NCBI GenBank assembly: GCA_036172245.1
Contig: JAYWIR010000031.1
Coordinates: forward strand, 2,542,001 to 2,606,000
Direction of reading: 5' to 3'
Length of the DNA stretch: 64,000 nucleotides
Source: Raillietiella orientalis
Taxonomy: Eukaryota
The translations under genes were made by a program, and so were the position numbers. A model generated the notes under the pieces. That model searched no databases and was not told the DNA's origin. It saw nothing but the letters and a program-made list of their open reading frames with translations. Shown piece by piece: positions 27,199-38,139 of this stretch; the stretch's first letter is position 1, and each line of letters starts with the position of its first letter.

Positions 27199-29943
27199 TT
27201 AAAGTAGTTCCTCTTCTTCACCATCTTTCAGCAAAGGTACTATTATGTTGTCCCTTGACATTAAGTTGTATTTGATGACAAAGACTGTGAATCTCTTGCA
27301 TAAAAGCGTTTTGCTCTAACAAATGAATAAACTATTAAAAGTAGTGCAACTGATTACCTCAAATTCATCAAAAATATTTCTGTGATGATAAAAAGCATGG
27401 GAAAATATCCGGTATACTCTTCTACACACAGATGCTAATTTTCCAACTGAGGAATCTTTAATGCTCACTCTATTCCTCATGGATATCTGGGTTAATTTGA
27501 AATATGAAAAAATCTCGTTTTACCTGCTGGGAAAATATTTATTGCTATTCAGAAGACATGCCGCTCCCTCTAGAGTATGACGAGTATAATCAATAGCAGA
27601 ACATTCCTTTGGAGTTTTATGGGCTGCACAAAGGAATATCCATTGTTCAGTTGCAGTCATTTGGGTGCAAATTTCTGGATTACATTCTGCTTGCAGCTTC
27701 ACAGCTAGGCGATTTAGGTCCATGCAAAACTGTCTATTGTGATTTGTAAAAAAAGGAAAAATTACTTCAAACTTGCAGTCTAAATTACTACTTAAAAAAC
27801 GTAAACTAACCAAATGTACAAATTAGCAAATTATACTTAAATTAATAACTAACCTAATCTGAAATTCATAATGCCAACACAGTCTTCATTGCTTTCTATT
27901 ACTTTAAGTACCTAACTGATTTCATGGAGCCCAACGGATTGCAGTAATGAATAAAAAAAGAAAATGCCTGGATGATTTATGAAATCATGCATACTGTTTA
28001 TCAAATGAAATTATAGCAAAGCCAATTTTACTTATGTATGCTTTATGCATGGTGTTCAAAAAAACACATGATTAGAGGTATCTTGTGCTGTGTAAAGAAA
28101 CAAGAGTTCATAAAATGAAGGTTACTCAGTTGAATTATAAAACAATAAATAACAAATACGAAATTACAACTTCCTTACAAAAGTAAATACAAAAATCATC
28201 TATCTTTAACTAGAATAACAAAAGCAATCTGCACAGAATAATACATAACAAAGCAAAAGACTTCATGAAATCCATAAAATAAAAATGAAAGTACGTAATC
28301 CTTCATAACAGGGTTACAAAAGTAGCCACTAAAATACTTGCATAAAAGTCATTACTAAGAAGCATACTGTAAATTTATGGTAGAAATAATACAACTTCCA
28401 TCCTGTTGTTTGTCTGTAATTACATTATAACTAACTAAATAGAACACACGGACTTCCTTTGTATTTTCACACAACAAAGTTTATTGATAGAGCTGAGAAG
28501 TCTCCAACCATAAGATATTTTAGAATACTCTTAGGAACAAAAAAAAAAAAAGTATTTATGAAAAATGTGGAGGAATAGAAGAAATCATAATGAATGCACT
28601 GTCAGGATAATTAAAACACAGCATTCACCAAAGTGTTCCAGCGCAGAAAAAATTGTGATGAGTACATGAAATTGGATAATAATTCTATAAAACATCATGC
28701 AACAGGAATAAGATCCTCTGGCTATCAGTGTTTTGGGGGACACCTATAAATAAAACATACATGCTAATATAATTAACATTTCCCTGAAATTTTTTTTGAG
28801 GACCACAAGTCTAAGAAACTTTAATGGCTAAGAAAACAGTCCATTTACTTAAGAGTTAAAAAAGGTTTCTAAACAAACATATGCAAACAAGGAAGCAACA
28901 CTTGCAAAAACAGAACGGGTTACTTGAATCAATTACCTTAAGAACAGTCATCATGCACTCACCAAAGCATGCATCAATCATTTCAACATGCACCAATGTT
29001 AAGAAAAGACATGGGCAGTTTCATAAACAAAGATTAAAAAAGTGCACATAAAGCCCCTAAAGACTGATAAAACAACAAACAGCTATTTAAGGCTTTTTAA
29101 TTGTTTATTTCATATAATTAAGTGACTTCTTTTCAAGTCTAGAATTCATTAAACATTCCAGTTGTTTTTTCAAAGTACATATGATGAGTTTTGTTACCTC
29201 CGAATTCAACATTTACTCAGGTCCCTTCTGCGTACTAATGAAAATCAATCTAACCCCATAATGCAGTAATTTTTGATTAGTATTACGTTTTTTCATGAGC
29301 TGATTGCAAGAGTGTAGAATACCAAGAAAACTGATTAACTGAAGAACTTGCAAACACTGGCTGCAAGGCTTCCAATTTTATATGTTTCCAATAATAAAAG
29401 ACACTTAAAGATTATGTAAACATATGTATGAATCCTGTATTAAATGAAACATTTAATACCTAAGGTGTTCATACTTCCATACACCTTCATCTTGGGATTC
29501 TGGTGGTGTTAAAATAACACGTACATTTGTGAAATCTTTTCTGATGCTCTGTTGAATATACTGCTGAACTGCAAGAGTTGAATCCATTTCATCAAATAAT
29601 AGATCTGGCCATTTCCAAAAATCCTGCAATAATACTCCTTTCTAAGCAATGAAGTGTAAAGTACCAAGAAATCATTAACAAGAATTATTAGAGGTAAACA
29701 TCCTTTACATAAAATCAGCTGTGGATTCGCGGAATCACAGTAAGATACTGCATAAATTAAATGTTGTATCTGGTGAATTAAAATGACAACAAATATGTTT
29801 GTACAACGAAAACATCTCGCACTTCAGGTAACACAGGGCATGACCGAAATAAAACGTTCATCTAAAATGTGAAAACCACTCACTTGTGCCTTCGTTCCAG
29901 GGAGGTTTCTTCTGAGAATAACACCACCATTATCCATATTCAT
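27199..29943 (-). CDS. MOB4: MOB kinase activator-like 4 / phocein (STRIPAK subunit), 5 exons, ~220 aa
   Basis: Exons (minus) 29884-29943, 29460-29623, 27524-27733, 27358-27469 and 27199-27315, all GT-AG with matching phases (663 nt). Translation [45 protein letters not shown]...[107 protein letters not shown]...[15 protein letters not shown] is recognisably phocein/MOB4 over its whole length. Confidence 0.97.
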
Positions 29944-31846
29944 TAAACGTACTTCAACGAATCACAATATTTTAAACCACATCCTTACGAACACTCCATA
30001 TGGAAATTGCCATTAATAATATGAATTACATGGTCTGTGAACACCCGGGGAAAAAAAACACAAATCTACAGGACTGTTCCGGAAATTTTCTAACGAGAAA
30101 AACCTTTGCCCATGCAGATTTTACTTCCACATGCTAGGAAGCATGTTGGAAAAACCTTGCCCCATTCGAACGAGCTAGGGACAGCACAGGATTTTCAGCA
30201 CGAAAAATAATTTTTGCAGTATTTACGCAACGTGGAAATATTATTGCTATGTCTAACATCTGTCAGTTCTCGAGTTTTGAACTTAATAAGTAATATGAGA
30301 GAAGTCGTCATCAATGAAGACTTTTGTAATTCCATCAATACAAATTTCCAACTCACACTTCAATCCATTCAAAGACTACAGAATCACAACATAAATAACA
30401 CCAAATAGTCCATATTCTACGTCGAAGAACTAATCACAAAAATGAATAACCTCGAATATCTTCTAAAAAGTATCGATAATTGATTAAAATTCTCAATTAT
30501 GTGCACTTGTTTAAATTATGGTTTTGACAATAAAAACAAATTTATAGTGTCCATTTTTTTGATAGTTTTGTTACTAAGGTGAGGTTCAAGGGCCAGCTTT
30601 GCCGGAGTATATTGAAGCTAAAGTCAAAAGAGCTCATATAAAAACTAGTAGAAATAAGAACTTCATTTCTACGATAGTGCTTATCCTGAGTACAAAACAA
30701 AAAAAAAAGTGGGGACTAAACCGACTAATTAGCCAAGTAAGCTAATCAATGGATATAAAAACAAAGCCAAATAAATATATACCTCAATCACCGGTACTTT
30801 CTATTTAATATTGCCAAAAAAACCAAGCATCTCTTATATTTGTTCTAAGAGCAATTCGAACTTTCTTTGATCCTAAGAATATCCTAAGAATGCAAATAAG
30901 AATATACAAATAACATTTTTTGGATCCAAAATCTTATTTGGGAGCAAAATCAATATTTTTTTTGTTTTGCTTTAACTGCCCAAGATTCAACATTCAAGTA
31001 TGCCAATAAAATTACTTTGCCAAGTTTTCTGAGAAAAGTGACGTTGCATGTGCAGAAAATAGATTGCACGGATCACATTTTAGGCACAATAATTAACAGG
31101 ATAATACAAAGAAAACCATTAAAATAAAAAAATATCACTTTAGTGTCAAACTGAAGGTTCCATAAATCAAAATCGCTTTAACGGATAAAAGATATAATCA
31201 TCTGTAACACAGATACTTGGGTCCATTTGTACGGAAAAATTAGGGATAATGCAATCACTTCATTTTGTCTACATCTAGACTGTTCTGTGACACATCACTT
31301 TGGACCAAGTGATTGAACTAAAGTTGAACTAAATTTTAAACTGAATTTTCGCTGAGAATCAAAACATACTGACTTAAAGCATCAACGATTCATTCCTGAT
31401 ATAAAGCCAATTAAGAGATTAACTCAAATCAATTTGATGATTAAACACTTCTAGCTGAATTGTCTGTACTTCCAGGAATTAGAAAATAAAGTACAATGCA
31501 ATAAGAATTGATGACAATGATCAGTCTAGCTGCTGTATTGCCAGTCAGCAAAGTTTCCTCAGAAGAATTCAAGTGTTGAGGTACTTTATAAAAACATTAC
31601 TCTAAAATACTTTGAATGTCCTTTAGGGTGGGCATTCATATGGTTTCAGACGACCATTTTATGTGTCTTAAGATGTTTTGAGCGAGGAAATGAATTTGGC
31701 ATCTGTATGCTTAAAGAAACAAATAAAAATGTCTCAACACATGCCTTGGATCCTAAGCATAACTCCGTATATTTCGCGTTTTAGCATTAAATGTACCGTT
31801 GGTATGTAGCATAGTGAAACCAGACTTGACCACGGAGGCAACCTGA

Positions 31847-32455
31847 GTGACTCCCGAAACACTGGACTGGCAGCAGTCAAGAGGAGCTCTGCAAGACCTG
31901 TGTAGACAGGGAAACCCAGCTCCACGTTTTCACCTGCCTGACGCTGTGCCAGAATCCGGCGAGGCTGAAGGTGGTGACTGGCCTGCAGATGAGTACGAAG
32001 ATGGAGATCATAGAGTAATGTTTGAAGGGGAAGGGAACGTTCCCCGATACAATACCATGGTTCACACCACCATCGCCCTCTTCGTCACGAGCATCGTGAT
32101 AAGAAAAGCAAAGATGAGGAACACCGGAGCGACAGCTCCTGCCACTACTATCGTCCAAGGAGTCATCAAGAAGGAGATAGGGATCAGGAACTGCGGCAGG
32201 ATACCCTCTACATCTTGAAAATGGTGGCGGAAGTGGCTCAAGTGAGTGGACTGCCCAGCAGACCCTCGTGCCCCCTCCCCCAACAGAGAGAAATATTTTT
32301 CCAAAGCGAATGTAGAATGTGACAATTGCTGATCTGAAGCGTCGTGTGCAGGAGCACTTGGGAAAGTGTCTGCAAAAGTGTATTATTGTAACTGTCGATT
32401 CAATATCGTTAAAGAAATTCACCCCATCGCTTGTCGGACCTGGGAAAAAACCGCT
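31847..32455 (+). pseudogene. Decayed fragment of an RS/RD-rich charged protein gene
   Basis: With one frameshift and one TGA>CGA reversion near 32010-32025 it reads ESGEAEGGDWPADEYEDGDHR-SNV(R)RGRERSPIQYHGSHHHRPLRHEHRDKKSKDEEHRSDSSCHYYRPRSHQEGDRDQELRQD. The parent gene was not identified. Confidence 0.45.
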
Positions 32456-32695
32456 GGCCCCTGACATGGTGAAATATCTTCCAAATAATAAAAAAACGCA
32501 ATTGTCAACAAATTCATTTTACCTGATAGCAGATTTTGCTTTACAAAGCTAGGGACAAGCAGATTCCATAGTTTGCACAATGATCCGAATTTTCATTCTT
32601 GCCATGAAGTCTTGAAAGCTACATTTTATCCTTTTATCTTTATAGGATATATTCGCTCTTAGTGGTTATTGTTTTCAGATCACGGATCAAAACTG

Positions 32696-32753
32696 AAAAC
32701 TAAGTTGAAGGCGTTGACCAATCATAGTTGACCAACGCCTTCAACTTAGTTTT
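32696..32753. repeat. 58-nt hairpin with perfect 21-bp stem
   Basis: AAAACTAAGTTGAAGGCGTTG..(16 nt, partly paired)..CAACGCCTTCAACTTAGTTTT. Confidence 0.9.
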
Positions 32754-35160
32754 AGTGAGGAATTCGTTAACTGGTTTTCTGAATTCCATATTCATCAACT
32801 TGATTCGGTGAAAAATCGTTTTTGTGGACTGCATACCCGCTTTCAAACTCCGAATCTCCAAAATCAAAATGGAAGAAATAAGCACAAAAGCTTTTAGTAA
32901 TGTAAATGTCAATCAAGAAACTAAGAATGGTGCAAACAAATTTCGACGCTATGATACATAAGAATAGAAACATAGGAAAGTGGAACATCCGTCTTGAATG
33001 ATCACAACAATCTTCAAAATCTTGAAATAAGAATAAAAATTAGTTAACGAACATCATAGATAGCCGAATAACAGAAATAACTGAGAAAAGCGGTACATTT
33101 AATGCTCGCTTCTGAGAAATTAAAATTGGCGGCAATTAGTACAAGAATTAAGACGTCCACTTGAAACGTGATTCAAATATTAGAAATCATGCAAAGCTGG
33201 TCTCCTATGATCTGATGTTTTTCACCTGTAATTTTTCATTTGAGAGCCATGAGCCCACTAACATTTTTTCCGTTTTGTGAGAAAGTTCTGAGACATCTAT
33301 AGATGAAAAGAGAATCTGCGATTGCCAAGGCGTGCCCGGCCATCAACTTGAAAGCAGCAGATGAACGGAGTAATCATTTGGAAGCGACCAATGGCATAAA
33401 TGTGCACAAAATATGAAGAAATATTAAAAAGCCAACGGTCACATTCAAAAGTCTCTCTAAGAAAGGATGGAGGGGAATGAATCATGCTGTTTTCCAAATA
33501 TTTCTAGCATCAAACTCATAATCTAAACATTCCTTAGAATTTTCCGTGAAGATCGATTCCATCGAAAATGCAAAGAAACATTTTCATGCAAACGACGAAG
33601 AGAACACTCAAACTTTTCTTCTTGCCCACGTTCGCTTCACAAAAAATGTGCTCAAATGTAGTTCTCAATAGGCCTCGGAACGGCTGGAGAAATCATTCCA
33701 AGAGATAGGGTCAGCAGCTTCTGATAACTAAGAAGCACTATATTGAAAGAGGAAGCGATTATTACTGCCATCCGGTTAAATCTCTGCAAATACTGCTGAT
33801 GAATATTTCAGACTGGACATACAGAGTGTCATAAAATGAGTTCATCACACTTAACTGTTATGGCTGCAGAATATTTGAGAAACTGTACGATTCTTGTAGA
33901 TATCAGTTTCAGATAGCATTCCATGTAGGGAAAGCACACGAGACAGACTGCTGACTAAATATAAGCCCGATGTTCTTTCCTCGAAATTCGTAACCAGATG
34001 AACATATTTATGGTAATAAGGTATTCACACTAAGGAACTCTCGATCGAGGAAAACGAAACTGTGGTCAAATGTTGCGTACCAGGGGGAAGGGTTTCAAGA
34101 CAGAAGAATCAAGAAACCTTTAAGAAGGGTGAAACGAAGACAGTATTTAACCAACGTGTGCTTAGTCATTACAACTAGGCGAGTGCACTCCCCCATTACG
34201 CTTAAGACAAAAGAAACTTCAAATCAGGAGCACTGTAAACAGCAAACGTAGAAAGCTTTCGAGTAGTATAATGGGCAAACTGGCACAGAAGTTCGAGGGT
34301 GAATGACTGATTACCTTTAAAGCGGTTGCAAAATGGAAAAATGGTTGTAAAACACTTGAAAGGGAGAGTACACTAGGGAAAAATGTAGGATACAATTTGA
34401 GGGAACTCAGCAGGCAACGTGATGCAGCTTGTGTTTACATAAAGTGCTTTACGACTTAAGAAACGAATCATTGGAACTTAACGACTTCAGTTTTAATAAA
34501 TAAACTATTAGAATTGATACCTAGGATGGAAGGACAACGTGAACGAATACGACAACCATTCAGTTGTTTGCATAGTACACAAAACAACGTGGACGCATGA
34601 TCTCCGGTGCAGCTCGAGTCCTGCGATAAATTTCCTAAACAAAACTGCAGTCTCTATAATCAGTCCATTATTTTAAAAACAAGGTCATCGAAAAATGATC
34701 TTTAATATTCCCCAAAATGAAATACAGCTTTGGCAAGAAGGTAGAAGAGATTTAATTAATTTTTGAAAGAGCTCCACTTACTTGCACAAATGAGAATCGC
34801 ACAAGTCTGCAAAGAAATACAGAATCATAAGAGTTCTCCAATATGGACCATAATTTGCACAAGAAGCAAAACAAATCGTGGAAATTTACGTAACAAAAAG
34901 TCCCGGAAGTCAATGGAACAAGTAAACAACAAATAGGCCACACAAATGAGTTCTACCACAGCAAACAATCTACAGAATATAACGACCAAAGACAAATAAC
35001 TGATAACACTTACAGAACAAAACTTACGAATATGTACATCTTCATGGGTTCACTCACACAAACAAGTCATTGTATTTGCTGTCATGTACGCAGTACATAG
35101 ACCATAAGATATAGCAGTTATAAAATAAAAGCCGCAACACTGCTAAATAAGCAAGGCGAA

Positions 35161-35166
35161 TTTATT
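35161..35166 (-). promoter_or_regulatory. Possible polyadenylation signal (AATAAA) of GLCE
   Basis: TTTATT on the plus strand, ~350 nt downstream of the GLCE stop codon. Confidence 0.35.
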
Positions 35167-35512
35167 TTTCTGAAACGAATGAATTCATCTCAAAATACTT
35201 TTCATTAAAAATCTCATTTCATCAAAAAATATATTCATAAAACTTAACCCGGTAATAATAGGACCAACGTTTTTTGAATCGCTCACACTTTGATAATTTA
35301 CTTGGGGCCTATACCACATCTGGCAACTGATACATTAGAGAACACCTGTTAAAGGTATACATCAGGGGTGGGAAAATACATTTCGTGACTGGAGAGGGTT
35401 TACTTCTGCGTATGTTACACAAAGACAGAAAAACATTACAAGAACAATAGACATGAACAGAAATACCCTATAACATTAAGGATTCGAAGCTTACTGGATC
35501 AGTTTTTGCTGT

Positions 35513-38139
35513 TCAATTTTGAAAAGCTCGTTTTCCTTTCATATATGATAACCACCTTAATGCGATGTCCTTTATTTCTGTGTCATTATAAATTGTATTA
35601 AGTGTTAATAGCTGTGTCACATGAGTACAATGATAATCCCAACGTGCAACATTTGGATTTGTAAGAAACACAAAATGCCGCAAATCATAGAATGAACCAG
35701 ATCCTGTATCAAACAGAGGTAACACTTTCCTGAGAGTTTCCATGCCACTTTGAAGTAACTGTTGTGCAAGAGAAATCTGATTTACGGCTGCTAGATTGAT
35801 AAAATCGATTAATCCAAACAATGAATATATAAACCCATTTAAAACAAAATGTCCAGGATTAAATGGATATTCTTCATACCACACATATCTTCCCATTAAG
35901 TACGAACGGATTCCTCCCTTAGTAACATTTACTTGAAAAATGTTAAGAGCTCTTTTAGCTGCATTAAAATACTGCTCTTTACCAGTGGTGATATATGCTC
36001 GCATCAGGACTGATATTGCTAATCCTTGACCCATGGAAGAATACCATCCTGGTTGTAATTCAAACTCGTGTAGCTTTTTAGAAATCACAATAGGCCAACC
36101 ACCTTTTTCATCCTGATGACGAACAAACCAGTCAGTAGCAGCAAGAAACATATCACTATGAGCAGAACTAGCAATTGTTACATTATCAACAAAACCAAGT
36201 CCATTTAATGAAATAGAAGACAACCAACAATTTTGGAAACCTATTTTATCACCACTAAAATATGAAGACAGCCCTTTTGTGAGATCAATTATTAAATCAC
36301 GAACAATGTGCTTCCATTCTGTGCTTGTTCCAATCCCATAAAATACATGGTTTTTCTGAAAGCAGAACAATTATGGACATTTTGTTAACACAGATTACCT
36401 GGGTCCACATAAGCTGGTCAGATGAAACATAATGAAGCAAGAACAATTCATTATTATTCGCACATTTCAGAGTAATTATTAAGCTTCCATTTTTCTTGAA
36501 CCTTATATCAGCCAACAATACCACATGTGGCATGTTTCGAAATTGGTGTAATTGACTCTTGTGAACATACATGTTACCTATGATTAGAAAAACTTGATTT
36601 TGCTTAGAATTTGAAGTTACCATCAAACATAAGCACGTGTGAAGCCTTCTCTTCTGAATAGGTGTAACTGAGTTTGCTTCCTGTGTTTAAAAGGTTCCAT
36701 GTAGCCTTAATCTTATTTGCATCTTCCAACAGAACTACATGTGACTCATGATTTGCTATGTGTTTACTATAATGACTCAGTCCATACTGGGCTATTTGTG
36801 TTGGATAATAGTATCCTGTTGGACTCCACTGAGTACTTAATGGTACACCTTAAAATAAAATATTTCTTAATTCATAAAATTTGATTTCAAAATGCATTCA
36901 CTTAGGTACACTTTGTTGGGTAAATTACCTTCTATACCACTTATAAGTTTCACTCTATTTCTTGCTTCTACTGAAAAATATTCGAAATTCATGTACCTTC
37001 CCAGAGAACTATATGTTGTCTCAGGAGCATACACTTTACAATGTGCATGGGAGAACCGAAATTTTCCTGTTTCAGCTTCAAACTTACCGGAAACCTTATT
37101 AAAAATTCACATTAGAAAATATTCAAATACAAATGAGAAATAGAATAATTCAATAACTTTATTATTTCGAAAGTACTTTGATAACTTTACTCTCCATACA
37201 AAGTTGACCGTATTTTAAAAACACTTACTGTGTCTTCAGAATTTTAGAATCTCAAAAGAAAAAAAAAAAAGGCGAAAGAATTATTACCCCAAAATATTTT
37301 TTGATGAATGAAAATGGAAAATATACATCCGAAGATCTCAATAAACAAGGAATATCATAATCTCCGTTAATGTTGCATTTATATATGCTAGCATTCAATA
37401 CTTCCTTGGGCTTGCTTGACTGAAAGTGTTTCACATTTCCTGTTTTCTTAGAGACAGCATGTCCCATGGGCTAAAAAGAGTGGATAGGATCAAATCTTGC
37501 TTTAGGAGAATAATGTGAAAGCAATAAACTCCAGAACAGCTAAAGCTTCCAGATCAAGAATGTGAATAGTTCAAAATATGAGGAATTGCTCTGCTACCTA
37601 AATGGTTGAAAGTGGATGTGGCTGTCAAGTGAATGAAATCGTGCATTTAAAATAATTACATAAATACTGCATTAGTAAGGAAATGGGAGTCTATTGCAAT
37701 CTAATCTGTTTCTTCTAATCCCTCACTCTCGTAAGATATGGAATCCTGAAAACTTGGGATACTCTAATGCATGCTAATTTTGGTAAGCATTAGTGCATTC
37801 CCATTATGATGCTGGGACCAGGCAGTTTTTGTAAATGGTTTGTTATTTAAGCATACAAATAACATTTTGTGTAGGCGAATTACAATGAAATTTGAATTCT
37901 GGTTCATTCTAAGTAAAATTTGAAAAATGCAGTTTTCAAACTAAATTATTCAGTGATTCACTGTTTGGCTTATATCAATCAAAACATCTCACCTTGGTAT
38001 TGGGATGCAAACCTGACAGCTCCCCAAAACGATCCGATAACCGCACACTAATTTTACAATTAATCCACATTAGAACCAGAACACACATAACACAAAACAC
38101 TGTAAATATCACATGTTTTGACATTTTTGTGGGAAACAT
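35513..38139 (-). CDS. GLCE: Heparan sulfate D-glucuronyl C5-epimerase (hse-5/GLCE), 6 exons, ~581 aa, type II membrane protein
   Basis: Exons (minus) 37993-38139, 37288-37470, 36929-37094, 36621-36848, 36399-36577 and 35513-36355, GT-AG and phase-consistent (1746 nt). N-terminal signal anchor ([17 protein letters not shown]). Family motifs [126 protein letters not shown] and [11 protein letters not shown]. The start ATG (38139 vs a nearby Met) is uncertain. Confidence 0.96.

Larger units (their letters stand above)
31783..33106. mobile_element. Putative TIR-bounded element carrying a host gene fragment (Pack-type)
   Basis: Perfect 16-bp inverted repeat AGCATTAAATGTACCG (31783-31798) / CGGTACATTTAATGCT (33091-33106) brackets a locally GC-richer pseudogene-like segment and a long hairpin. 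No convincing TSD. Confidence 0.45.

Noticed and set aside
29944..35512. GLCE-MOB4 nematode-style operon
   Set aside because: Same strand but ~5.6 kb apart, with an insertion and a CpG-containing promoter-like region before MOB4.
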